DNA from: an uncultured Clostridia bacterium
GTDB taxonomy: Bacteria; Bacillota; Clostridia; Christensenellales; UBA1242
Reading direction: 5' to 3'
NCBI GenBank assembly: GCA_947053595.1
Contig: CAMRSX010000001.1
Location: 86,356 to 150,355 of the forward strand
Length of the DNA: 64,000 nt
Part shown: positions 45,719 through 54,508 of the stretch, piece by piece
How the letters are laid out: each line of letters opens with the position of its first letter
Position numbering within the stretch: position 1 is the first letter of the stretch
Program-made: the position numbers and the translations under genes
Notes under the pieces: generated by a model
The model's input: the letters and a program-made list of their open reading frames with translations, nothing else
What the model was told of the DNA's origin: nothing
The model's database searches: none

Positions 45719-45744
45719 AAAAACACCTGACAAGGTGTTTTTTT
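45715..45744. terminator. Bidirectional hairpin terminator, right copy of the 30-bp direct repeat
   Basis: Identical 30/30 to 44899-44928. It includes the TAA stop of the XRE gene. Confidence 0.8.
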
Positions 45745-45746
45745 TG

Positions 45747-46049
45747 TTAGGACAGGATGAATTTCATCAGGGCTTCTTTCTTTTCTTGAGGCAACACCTT
45801 GATGAGATTGTATAACTCTTTGTCTTTTTGATATGTTTGAAAATTGTCGGCAAAAAATTCTTCGGCTGTCACTGCAAGTGCGTCGATGATTGTCAGCAGC
45901 ACGCTGGATGGAAGATTGAAATTATAGCATTCCAATTTGCCAATATAGTTGTTGCTTTTGCCAATCATTTGGCTTAATTCTTGAGCAGTCATGCCTTTCT
46001 TGTTTCTGAAATAGCTTATTCTTTGTGCGATATCCTTAACTTCCACCAT
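45747..46049 (-). CDS. XRE-family helix-turn-helix transcriptional regulator (100 aa)
   Basis: MVEVKDIAQRISYFRNKKGMTAQELSQMIGKSNNYIGKLE follows AGGAGAAAT. The track start 46127 is an upstream extension. Confidence 0.8.
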   Translation of the reverse strand: MVEVKDIAQRISYFRNKKGMTAQELSQMIGKSNNYIGKLECYNFNLPSSVLLTIIDALAVTAEEFFADNFQTYQKDKELYNLIKVLPQEKKEALMKFILS

Positions 46050-46279
46050 ATTTCTCCTATTCTTATATTTTAATCCACAGATGCTGCTTTCCGTGGGAAT
46101 GACATGGTATAAATATTGTCCATGCACGCCTGTTTTTCTTATGCAAAGCTGAAGAGGAAGAATGTTTGCTGTTTGGAATTGGTTAATTGAGTTTTTTCGA
46201 CAAAAATTGTGATTTTGTGGTGGCTTGACACTTGGCGATGACGCTGTTTTGGTTGTAAAATGTTGTTAGGAGCATGTTT

Positions 46280-47071
46280 ATGGCACGAAAAATTGTTGTC
46301 ACAAGTGGAAAAGGCGGGGTTGGCAAAACCACCGTTTGTGCAAACCTTGGAGTTTATCTTTCAAGGCTGGGCTTTAGGGTTGTGTTGATGGATGTGGACA
46401 TTGGGCTTAATAATCTGGATGTGATTATGGGTTTGGAGAGGCAGGTTATTTTTGACATAACCGATGTTGTTTCTGGCAAGTGCAGGGTGAGGCAGGCGCT
46501 GCTTCAAGACCCAAATTATCCTTCGCTTTATCTTTTGCCGTCTTCCCACACTTACAAATCCAGCAAAATCACAGGGGAACACATCAAAAACATCATTGAC
46601 ATCATCGACCACTCGTTTGATTATATCTTGATTGACTGCCCTGCTGGGGTTGAAGCGGGCTTTCATCGTGCGGTTTACCCTGCCAGTGAGGCGTTGGTTG
46701 TGGTGACGCCACATCTTTCGTCCATTCGTGATGCAGACAAGGTGGTGGGGCTTTTGACGGAGTATAACATTGAAAGCAAGGGATTGGTGATTAATCGCAT
46801 GCGAGGGGATTTGCTTATGTCTGGCGAGATGATGAACATTGAAAGCATTGTCAAGGCCATGGGGGTGCCTCTTTTGGGCGTGATTCCAGAAGATGACGAA
46901 GTTGGAAAGATGTCCGGTGACGGAAGAATTATGAAAAATTGCGAAAGTGCAAGAGCCTTCACGTTATTGTCTGAGAACATACATAACGGAAGCAAAAAGA
47001 TTTTTGATTGCACTTACAAATATCGCGGTTTGGTGGGATATATGAAGAGGAACATCAAGAAAATGGTTTGA
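46280..47071 (+). CDS. minD: Septum site-determining ATPase MinD
   Basis: IVVTSGKGGVGKTT and a C-terminal amphipathic helix (GLVGYMKRNIKKMV). ATG 46280 lies 7 nt after AGGAG. Confidence 0.9.
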   Translation: MARKIVVTSGKGGVGKTTVCANLGVYLSRLGFRVVLMDVDIGLNNLDVIMGLERQVIFDITDVVSGKCRVRQALLQDPNYPSLYLLPSSHTYKSSKITGEHIKNIIDIIDHSFDYILIDCPAGVEAGFHRAVYPASEALVVVTPHLSSIRDADKVVGLLTEYNIESKGLVINRMRGDLLMSGEMMNIESIVKAMGVPLLGVIPEDDEVGKMSGDGRIMKNCESARAFTLLSENIHNGSKKIFDCTYKYRGLVGYMKRNIKKMV

Positions 47072-47253
47072 ATAAATTTGTGTGACAAAGGAAGACGGCG
47101 GCGCTGGTGATGTGAAAGGCTGTTTGACCTTGGAGAAAAATTACGAACTGGCGCAAGCGGTGCGCAAAAACTGAAAGCGGAAAGCAGCAAGGTGGAAAAG
47201 TGAGGCGCTTGCGGCTGAAGACACTTGGAATTTAACTTTTTTTGGAGGAAAAA

Positions 47254-47466
47254 ATGCAGAGAATTAATGAGCTTTTGATTAAGGATAAATTCACCAATTT
47301 GGAGCAAGTTGCAGAGATTTTGAAGGAAGAAGTGACGCCCATTGCCAGAAACTTTTTCTTGCTTTCTGACGAGTTGGCGGTGAGGTTTCACAGGCAAGGC
47401 GACAACTTTGTGTTTAACATTGAAATTGAGGCAAGCAGGGTGAAGCCATTTGGAAACAGGCTGTAA
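47254..47466 (+). CDS. Small protein, possibly MinE-like but lacking the N-terminal membrane-targeting segment
   Basis: ATG follows GGAGGAAAAA. QRINELLIKDK resembles MinE ERLKLILIQDR, and LEQVAEILKEEVTPIARNFFLLSDELAVRF resembles the remembered MinE helix-strand pattern. An in-frame TAA upstream excludes a longer N-terminus. Confidence 0.4.
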   Translation: MQRINELLIKDKFTNLEQVAEILKEEVTPIARNFFLLSDELAVRFHRQGDNFVFNIEIEASRVKPFGNRL

Positions 47467-47498
47467 AAAAACAATGCAAACGCATTGTCTTTTTTTTA
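47465..47498 (+). terminator. Rho-independent terminator
   Basis: ACAATGC-aaac-GCATTGT followed by CTTTTTTTT. Confidence 0.75.
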
Positions 47499-47589
47499 TT
47501 TTCAATCAAGCCCCAGCAAGTTTTTGAGTTTTGAGCAAAGGGGCGAGAGATGGTGCTTTTTTTGTTTTCTTTTTGTCTTGCGAAAAAGG

Positions 47590-48423
47590 TCAGACAAAAT
47601 AAACCATTCCATAGCAGTTTGGGCCGGCGTGTGTGCCAACAACGCAGCCAATTTCGTGGATGTGTTTTTCTTCCTCTTCAACGCCAAGCGCGGTTGCATA
47701 TTTGTCTAAAAAATTGGTGATGAGTTGTGGATTTGCAGAGTGTCCAAAATATATTGGATATGCTCTGTTTCGTTTGTTGGCAAGTTCCACCATAAATTCG
47801 TTGGCTTTTTCACCAATTTTTTTTGCGATGTTGTTCACCTTTCCGCCGTCAAGCGAGATGATTGGCTTGATTTTAAGCGCAGAGCCAGCAATGTAGCTGA
47901 CAGTTGAAAGTCTTCCGCCCTGTTTGAGGTATTTTAAATCGCCCACAACGGCAACAAGGCGAATGGTGCCTTTCAGCCTTTCCAATTCTGCAACCACCTC
48001 GTCTGGCGTTGCGTTTTTGTGAGAGTTGATGTATTTGACAATTTCAATGATAAGCGCGCCCTCGGCAAAGGTGGTGACGCGGCTGTCACAGATGTGCACA
48101 TTTTTCATTTGAAGGCTTTCAACCGCATTTTTTGCCTGAGAAATTGTGCCAGCAAGGTTGGACGAAATGACAATGGTCAGCACAAACCAATCCTCCTTGT
48201 TCACATATGGGGTGAGGGCGGTTTCTAATTTATATTGATTTGGCTGGCTGGTTTTTGGAATGATGCCCGTCTTCAGCTTTTCATAGAACTCGTCGTTTGG
48301 AAGCCCTTCTGGAAACAACTCTCCATTGAAGTTAACCTCAATGGGAAGAATTGTGATGTTGTTTTTTTCTGCAAATTGCTTTGGCATGTCAACAGAAGCC
48401 TCGGTTATGATTTTGTAGTTCAT
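47590..48423 (-). CDS. DegV-family fatty-acid-binding protein
   Basis: MNYKIITEASVDMPKQFAEKNNITILPIEVNF follows AGGAGA. The first 114 codons of track ORF 47590-48765 are an artefactual extension. Confidence 0.85.
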   Translation of the reverse strand: MNYKIITEASVDMPKQFAEKNNITILPIEVNFNGELFPEGLPNDEFYEKLKTGIIPKTSQPNQYKLETALTPYVNKEDWFVLTIVISSNLAGTISQAKNAVESLQMKNVHICDSRVTTFAEGALIIEIVKYINSHKNATPDEVVAELERLKGTIRLVAVVGDLKYLKQGGRLSTVSYIAGSALKIKPIISLDGGKVNNIAKKIGEKANEFMVELANKRNRAYPIYFGHSANPQLITNFLDKYATALGVEEEEKHIHEIGCVVGTHAGPNCYGMVYFV

Positions 48424-48523
48424 AAAAATTTCTCCTTTCTTTATGTTGTTAATAGCACTGCCTATATAAAATAATTGTAACAAAAATTGCCAAATTCTGC
48501 AAATGATTTTCCTTTCTTGCAAG

Positions 48524-48553
48524 CGCAAAAGAAAAAAGGGCTGTGGTGCCCTT
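48524..48553 (-). terminator. Rho-independent terminator after the permease gene
   Basis: The minus strand reads AAGGGCACCACAGCCCTTTTTTCTTTT. Confidence 0.7.
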
Positions 48554-50258
48554 AGTTTTTCTTGAACAGTTGTTTTGTGAAGTTGTATAAAAGCCCCACA
48601 ACAATTGTGTAATACACAAGCGAGATGAAGAAGTTGCCATGTGCATAAAGCTTGGTTTGCAAGAAGCCGCCCGTCATTGTGCCGCCACCCAAAAATGCTG
48701 TGATGTCTGCGTGGATGAAAGGGAAGAGGCAATATGCAAGAAAGCCATTTAGGAAGATGTTGCAAACGGTGGCTGCAGCAAACAGCACAAGTGCAACGGC
48801 AAAGGTGATTTCAAACTTTCTGGAAATGTTCATCAAAAAGATGGTGATGACAACATAGAACACAACTTGAAATTCAATTCCAATCACCTTGATGAGCATA
48901 AACAAGAATGGATGGATGGTGTAAGGCGACGACAGGTTGAACACTGCCAAAATGCCCTCTGTTGCAATGGTGTGAAAGATGAGCGACCAAATGAAGTTGA
49001 AGAACAAGAACACGCCAAGAATGAAAACTGTTGACAACACAATCGCCAAAAACTTTGCTGCAAAAACTTGTCCAAAGCGAACGTCTTGTGACAAGATGAT
49101 GTCCATTTTGCCGTTGCGACGGTCTTGTCCAAACAATTTGTAAGCGCAGAAAATTCCAAAGATGATTGTGAAAAAACCAATTATGCTCATCAAAAAGTGG
49201 GTGTTGTCATAGGCGGTTATCTGCGCTGACGCCGTGTTGAAATTTAGTGGAATTTGATAGTTGGTGTAATATAGGCTTTCATCATTCAAAAAGAAGTTGA
49301 TTTTGGTGATGGCAAGTTTTGTTTCTTCTGGCACAATTGGGTGATAGTGATATAAATTCTTCAGCGACTTTAGGTGCTTGTCATTTTTTGCAAAGTTGTT
49401 AAGCACCAGATATGCTTCGCTGGCAATGCCCATTTTTGCGCTTTCCAATGTGAGCTTATAGTTGGTTATCAGCCTTGTCATGCTGTCGGCATATGTCACA
49501 TCGCTGCCAGAAACCATGCTGGCAATGGAAACCATCTCTTCATAAATTTTGTCGCGTTTTGCTTCTGCCTTGGCAATATATTCGCTTTCAAACCTTTCCA
49601 GTTCGCCGCGGTCGATGTCAAACCTGTGCACTTGGGAGGTGATTATGGTGTTTAGAAGTTCAAAGTGGCTGAGGTTGCTTAAAAGCTGGTTGAGTTTTGT
49701 GGCAATGTCTGCATTGTCAGCAAGAATGTTTTCAAACTGTTGGCAGATGCTTTCAAGATTTGCAAAGGATTCTTCCAGAAAAAAGACATTGCTTTCAAAT
49801 TCTTCCAAATCTTTGAAATATTCAACAAAATTCTTTAAAGAATTGACGGCACTGTGAATTTCGTCAATGTTGTTTTGCTCGATATACACCGAGTGTTGAG
49901 GGTCAATCTTATATTTTTCAAGCTCATATTTTATGTCAACAAAGTTGTTGTTGATGTTTGTTAGCGTGGCAAAATCTTGGCAGGTTTTTTGAACAAATAT
50001 GTAATTTTTTGCTTCGTCCAAAATTGCGTTAAGTGAGGTTTTTGTGTCAAGCTGCGGTGAGGAGGAATTGAAACCCTGAAAAATTTCGTGAGTGGTTTGA
50101 CCGCTTACAACGGCAGAATATTCAGGCACAGCAGGAATTTTGTAGGTTGCTCCCAAAATTAAACACCCAACCAACACCACAAGCATGGTGACAAGAGAAA
50201 ATGGGTTGAGTATAAGACGCTTGAAGTCATAAGAGGCAATCTGAAAAATTTTCTTCAC
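48552..50258 (-). CDS. ABC-2-type permease-like membrane protein with a large helical extracytoplasmic domain
   Basis: One N-terminal TM segment, a soluble region of about 300 aa, then 5 C-terminal TM segments. The GTG start shares one base with the ATPase stop (TAGTG). Confidence 0.6.
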   Translation of the reverse strand: MKKIFQIASYDFKRLILNPFSLVTMLVVLVGCLILGATYKIPAVPEYSAVVSGQTTHEIFQGFNSSSPQLDTKTSLNAILDEAKNYIFVQKTCQDFATLTNINNNFVDIKYELEKYKIDPQHSVYIEQNNIDEIHSAVNSLKNFVEYFKDLEEFESNVFFLEESFANLESICQQFENILADNADIATKLNQLLSNLSHFELLNTIITSQVHRFDIDRGELERFESEYIAKAEAKRDKIYEEMVSIASMVSGSDVTYADSMTRLITNYKLTLESAKMGIASEAYLVLNNFAKNDKHLKSLKNLYHYHPIVPEETKLAITKINFFLNDESLYYTNYQIPLNFNTASAQITAYDNTHFLMSIIGFFTIIFGIFCAYKLFGQDRRNGKMDIILSQDVRFGQVFAAKFLAIVLSTVFILGVFLFFNFIWSLIFHTIATEGILAVFNLSSPYTIHPFLFMLIKVIGIEFQVVFYVVITIFLMNISRKFEITFAVALVLFAAATVCNIFLNGFLAYCLFPFIHADITAFLGGGTMTGGFLQTKLYAHGNFFISLVYYTIVVGLLYNFTKQLFKKN

Positions 50259-51235
50259 TATTCTTCCTCCTTAAAATAAGGGGCAAGATTTGCCAAAACT
50301 TTCTCTGTCTTTTTGTTGAGATAGCCCGCTCTGTAAAGGGCAATGTTGTTTTTGGTGACCAGCCGCACAATTTGGGCGGTGATGTCTTCGTCTGCTTCAA
50401 ACAGCACATTCAGCCCCATAAGCTTGACAGGAAGAGAAAAGTTGTCCACAATCAATTTTCCTGCAAAGTGAGGATATTTCACCTTTATGAAGGCGTAAGT
50501 TTGCAAAGCGTCGATGTCAGAAAAATCTTGTTTGTCCATGAACTTTATGATTTCTCGATTTTCCATGAAGGCAACGCGGTCACACTCTGCCTCAATGCTT
50601 TCAAAAACTTTGGCTGTCATGATGATGGTTGTGCCTTGCGCTTTAATGTCAGCAATGGCACTTTTGATGAGGTTGTAACTTTCCTCTGGAACATCTTTGA
50701 AAGGTTCGTCCAACAAAAGCAGTTTTGGCTCTGTCAACAAGGCAAGCGCCAAGCCCATCAGCTTTTTTTCGTGATATGACAAAAACAACACCCTTGTGTG
50801 CAACTTGTGGGCAAGGTTGAATCTGTTGAGAATGCGAATGATTTTTTCTTTGTCATGACTTTCGTTGAGAGAGGAGAGAAACTTGAGGTTTTCATAAACC
50901 GTTTGATATTTGAAAAACACAGGAGGGTCAAAACACGCAGAAACGGTTTTCAGCACCTTCTTGTTGTTGTATATATCCTTTCCTTCAATGTAAACCTGCC
51001 CTGGGTTGATTGGCAGCGAGCCAGAAATGGCTTTGATGAGGCTGGTTTTTCCTGTTTTGACATCTCCAAGCAGGCCTAAGCACTCACCTTTTTGCAAAGA
51101 AAAGGTGACATTTTTAACCAAAAAGCGGTCTTTAATCAGCACCGAAAGGTTTTTCACTTGCAAAATTGGCTTTTCCTCTGCTGCTTGTGCTTTGTTTATT
51201 TCTTCCATAATATATATTATATCAAATAATTTCAA
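50258..51235 (-). CDS. ABC transporter ATP-binding protein (atypical signature LSYHEK)
   Basis: Walker A GDVKTGKT and Walker B LLLLDEP. The start could be the ATG at 51208 (MEEINK...). Confidence 0.75.
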   Translation of the reverse strand: MKLFDIIYIMEEINKAQAAEEKPILQVKNLSVLIKDRFLVKNVTFSLQKGECLGLLGDVKTGKTSLIKAISGSLPINPGQVYIEGKDIYNNKKVLKTVSACFDPPVFFKYQTVYENLKFLSSLNESHDKEKIIRILNRFNLAHKLHTRVLFLSYHEKKLMGLALALLTEPKLLLLDEPFKDVPEESYNLIKSAIADIKAQGTTIIMTAKVFESIEAECDRVAFMENREIIKFMDKQDFSDIDALQTYAFIKVKYPHFAGKLIVDNFSLPVKLMGLNVLFEADEDITAQIVRLVTKNNIALYRAGYLNKKTEKVLANLAPYFKEEE

Positions 51236-51275
51236 AATTGTAAAGAGTTTTTTTTTGTGGAGAAGGCAGGTTTAA

Positions 51276-51395
51276 CACTGGCGCATCGGCTGTCATGTTG
51301 AGCCGCCACAACGGACTTCCTTGACGGAGTGGCGTGTCGAAACATCTCGGGTGCAATTGAAGAATCTCGCTGGCGCTCACGAATGGGCAGGGGAG
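51276..51395. repeat. GC-rich intergenic element sharing modules with 32599-32700 and 47147-47213
   Basis: GCTGTCATGTTGAGCCG (51289-51305) matches GCTGTCATATTGAGCCG (32674-32690). GAAGAATCTCG.TGGCG (51359-) matches 32617-. ACTGGCGCA (51277-85) matches 47147-55. Confidence 0.6.
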
Positions 51396-51397
51396 AA

Positions 51398-51424
51398 TAA
51401 AAAAAACACCAAATCTTTGGTGTT
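51398..51424 (-). terminator. Hairpin terminator (AAAAAACACCA-loop-TGGTGTTTT family)
   Basis: Read directly, just downstream of the 51425 stop on the minus strand. Confidence 0.65.
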
Positions 51425-51958
51425 TTAATCGGTGTTTATGAGGTTGTCGAAAATGTATTCATATATGTTTGGTGCGCTCTGTCGCCACTTTTTGCAGGCT
51501 TCTTCTGCCGATTGTCTTGTTGGAGCCTTCACTTGAATTTCAAAAAGAGGAGTGGAAATCAAACTTTCATATATGCGCATGGTGACAATGTATGAGCCGT
51601 CTTCGGCGTCGGTGTAGTTGGCATAATATTCTTGCGATTGCTTTATATTCAGCCTGTTGGTTTTGCAATAGTCGGTGATTTCGTCGCGCAGGTCGTTTGG
51701 AATGCGTTTATAAAAATATGACAAGCAGTCGCGTCCTTCAAAGGTGAGGGTGTAGCGCATTTCTTTTTCTTTGCATTCTGTTTTGTAAATCAGTTTGGCT
51801 TCGGAAAGTTGATACAGCAAATCGAGGCAGTCCATATAGTTCACCCAACTGTTTTTGACGGCGCACATTTCAATGACAGAGTTTTCTGTCAGAGGCATTT
51901 CCATTTTGTCCAAACAAAAGAGAATGATTAATTTGTTGGTGACTGCATCATAATCCAT
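51425..51958 (-). CDS. DUF4364-like putative winged-helix protein
   Basis: MDYDAVTNKLIILFCLDKMEMPLTENSVIEMC follows GGAGAAAAGAA. The family assignment is from memory only. Confidence 0.5.
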   Translation of the reverse strand: MDYDAVTNKLIILFCLDKMEMPLTENSVIEMCAVKNSWVNYMDCLDLLYQLSEAKLIYKTECKEKEMRYTLTFEGRDCLSYFYKRIPNDLRDEITDYCKTNRLNIKQSQEYYANYTDAEDGSYIVTMRIYESLISTPLFEIQVKAPTRQSAEEACKKWRQSAPNIYEYIFDNLINTD

Positions 51959-52137
51959 TTCTTTTCTCCAATTAAAAATCAATATATGTTAACATTTCAG
52001 ACAAAAAAAAGCAAATTTTTTATGCTTGTTTGCAAATTTATTTGCTTTTTTTGAGTTTTGTGCTAATATTGTTATGAAGAAGTTTTTGCGCTTTTGCAAT
52101 TTTTTGCAAGTGCAGAAAAAAGAAGGTTTGGAGGTTT

Positions 52138-52968
52138 ATGGTGGAAGCAAAAAACATCTTGGAAGTTCAAAAGTTTGTGCTTGAGTGCAATGATATGTTA
52201 AGCGGCAAATTTCTTGACCTTGGCAAGAGGCTGGACAAGTTTCTTTCGGTGATGACAAAAAGTGAAGACATAATTGAGTTTTTGGGAGAGTGTCTTGAGG
52301 GCTTTGATGACGAAAAAGAGTTTGAAAAAGCTTTCAGCTATGACAAAAAAACTGGCGTTGTGAAGATTGACATTCCAACAGATGACAAGCAAAAACTTGC
52401 ACTTTTCACCACAATTTTCAACAACATTTCCACGCAAAAGTTGAATGTCAACAAATTTTTGGACACATATTTTCAAGACAAAAAGCTCACCTCAATGGCG
52501 TGCTTTTTGGAAAAGATTGTCAGGCCTTTCAGAGATTTGATTTGCAAATATTTTGAAGTTAAGCAGACGGTTTCGGCAGAGGATGTCAAAAAGCAAGCTG
52601 AAGTTGCAAAAGAAGAGTTGGCGCAGCAAGAAAAAGAGGCAGAAGAGGCTCGCTTTCCCGGGTTGGAAGAGCTGCTGAGGAAACTTTCTTCCACCTGCAA
52701 TCAAATTCTTGCGCTTTTGAAGTTTGAAAAGAAGCGCACAGATGTTTTGGACGATGTGGAGTTTGTGGTGGATTCCATCCTCAGCGCTTGTGAAAAGAAA
52801 GACCTTATGGTTATTAATGGACTGGTGATTGGGCTTAACTATGTTTCAAAAAAGTTTAAGAACATCAAGCATCTTGTGGAAGAGCTTAACAGCCTGATTT
52901 ATGACTATTATGAATTTTTGGCGGGCGAGGGTGACGAAGATGAAGCTTTGGAAGAAGAGGATGAATAA
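52138..52968 (+). CDS. Helical hypothetical protein with an acidic C-terminus
   Basis: RBS GGAGG. 276 aa, ending in GEGDEDEALEEEDE. I recognised no family. Confidence 0.55.
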   Translation: MVEAKNILEVQKFVLECNDMLSGKFLDLGKRLDKFLSVMTKSEDIIEFLGECLEGFDDEKEFEKAFSYDKKTGVVKIDIPTDDKQKLALFTTIFNNISTQKLNVNKFLDTYFQDKKLTSMACFLEKIVRPFRDLICKYFEVKQTVSAEDVKKQAEVAKEELAQQEKEAEEARFPGLEELLRKLSSTCNQILALLKFEKKRTDVLDDVEFVVDSILSACEKKDLMVINGLVIGLNYVSKKFKNIKHLVEELNSLIYDYYEFLAGEGDEDEALEEEDE

Positions 52969-52990
52969 GTCCTCTTTTTTTTCTTTATGA
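52958..52990 (+). terminator. Hairpin (GAGGA-tgaataag-TCCTC) followed by a T run
   Basis: Read directly. It overlaps the stop codon. Confidence 0.5.
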
Positions 52991-53012
52991 ATTTTTTTCT
53001 TTATGAATTTTC
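52981..53012. repeat. 16-bp tandem duplication (TTCTTTATGAATTTTT x2)
   Basis: Read directly in the intergenic T-rich tract. Confidence 0.6.
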
Positions 53013-53083
53013 TTTTTTTTACGGTTTTGTTTTTGAATAAATTATCTCAACATTTTTCATACTAAGGCAAAAGAGGTGACAAG

Positions 53084-54508
53084 TTGAGCGTTGAGAAAAT
53101 TCTTGAAAGATATAAAAAGCAGCTTCACAATTCCGTGGACATTGCCGACCGCATGATTGACGTTGGCGGCGTGAATGTGGGGTTTATTTATCTTAAAAGC
53201 ATAACGGACAGTGCGCTTTTTGCCGAAGCAATTTTTGAGCCAATTTCACGCTTTAAGCAAACTCTGACCTTTGAAAACTTGAAGCAAATTGTGAAAGCGA
53301 ACGATGTTTCCACCATTCAGCAAGCAGAGGTTTTGGAAAACATTCTTAAAGGCGCTGTGGTGATTTTTATTTCCAACAGCCAAGAGATTCTTGCCATTGA
53401 CATCATGAAATATTCCACGCGCGTGCCAGCCGAGCCACCAACTTCGGCGGTTATCATGGGTCCGCGTGAAGGCTTTACGGAAGATTTTCAAACCAACATC
53501 TCGCTGCTTAGGCGTCGCTTTCACAGCGAGCAGCTTGTGTTTGAAAGTTTGGCTGTTGGAAGCATCACGCAAACCAAGGTGACTGTGGCATACATTGAGG
53601 GCATTGCAGACAAAAGCATTGTTAAAGAGGTGAAGAAAAGAATCAAAAAAATTAAGATTGACGGGGTTGTGGACAGTTATTATTTGATTTCGCTTTTGTC
53701 AAACAGACCAAACTCTTTTTTGAAGCAGGTGGGAACTGCAGAAAAGCCGGATGTTATTGCTGCAAAAATGCTGGAAGGGCGTGTGGCAATCATTGTGGAC
53801 AACTCGCCCATTGTGCTTACTGTGCCATTTGTGTTTTTGGAAGATTTGCAAAGCAGCAACGATTATTACACAAATTACATATATTCTTCTTTAATTCGCA
53901 TTGTCAGGGTGATTGGGCTTTTGCTTTCTTCCATTGGGCCGGGCATATACATTGCCTTGCAGCTTTTTCATTACAACATTTTGCCAATCAAATATCTCAT
54001 CACCATTGCAGACACCACGCAGCCCATTCCTTTTCCACCTTTCATTGAAATTTTGTTCATAACTTTGCTGTTTCAGGTGTTGTATGAAGTGAGTTTGCGC
54101 TTGCCAAGTTATCTTGGTCTTGCAACATCGGTTGTGGGCGCGCTGATTTTGGGTGACACGGGCGTTAAGGCGGGGTTGCTTTCGCCGCCAACCGTCATTG
54201 TTATGGCCATTGCAAAAATTGCGCTTTACACCGTGCCCGAGCAATCCGCACAAATCACAATTGTGCAATATGTTTTCATTGTGCTGGGGGCATCGCTGGG
54301 CATCTTGGGCATCATTGGCGGGATGATTTATCTTCTTGCCTATGCCAATTCGGTGGAAAACTTTGGCACGCCTTTTCTTGCACCTTTTTCTCCTTTCATT
54401 TTGTCTGACAACAAGGATGGAATGTTGAAAGTGCCTGTCAATCAGATGAAAGAGCGGCCGAAATCGTTTAGTAATGAAGAAGAGGAAAGAATGGATGAAA
54501 GTGCTTGA
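53084..54508 (+). CDS. Spore germination receptor A subunit (GerA/GerKA family)
   Basis: 474 aa. The soluble N-domain (VGFIYLKSITD, PAEPPTSAVIMGPREGFTE) is followed by 5 TM segments. TTG start follows AGAGGTG. Confidence 0.88.
   Translation: MSVEKILERYKKQLHNSVDIADRMIDVGGVNVGFIYLKSITDSALFAEAIFEPISRFKQTLTFENLKQIVKANDVSTIQQAEVLENILKGAVVIFISNSQEILAIDIMKYSTRVPAEPPTSAVIMGPREGFTEDFQTNISLLRRRFHSEQLVFESLAVGSITQTKVTVAYIEGIADKSIVKEVKKRIKKIKIDGVVDSYYLISLLSNRPNSFLKQVGTAEKPDVIAAKMLEGRVAIIVDNSPIVLTVPFVFLEDLQSSNDYYTNYIYSSLIRIVRVIGLLLSSIGPGIYIALQLFHYNILPIKYLITIADTTQPIPFPPFIEILFITLLFQVLYEVSLRLPSYLGLATSVVGALILGDTGVKAGLLSPPTVIVMAIAKIALYTVPEQSAQITIVQYVFIVLGASLGILGIIGGMIYLLAYANSVENFGTPFLAPFSPFILSDNKDGMLKVPVNQMKERPKSFSNEEEERMDESA

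Larger units (their letters stand above)
44929..45744. other. AT-rich 816-bp cassette (two genes) bounded by the 30-bp direct repeats
   Basis: Repeat copies lie at 44899-44928 and 45715-45744. The interior is visibly AT-rich; line 45181-45240 has 13 G+C of 60 by hand count. Confidence 0.55.

Noticed and set aside
44929-45744. An IS element or MITE as the identity of the cassette
   Set aside because: There is no transposase or integrase ORF and I found no terminal inverted repeats. The flanking repeats are 30 bp and include functional terminators, which is unlike short target-site duplications. I kept it as an unexplained cassette.
48424-48765. 114-codon N-terminal extension of the DegV ORF in the track
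   Set aside because: The extension overlaps the permease gene and its terminator and has no DegV similarity. The ATG at 48423 has an AGGAGA RBS and starts the conserved sequence.
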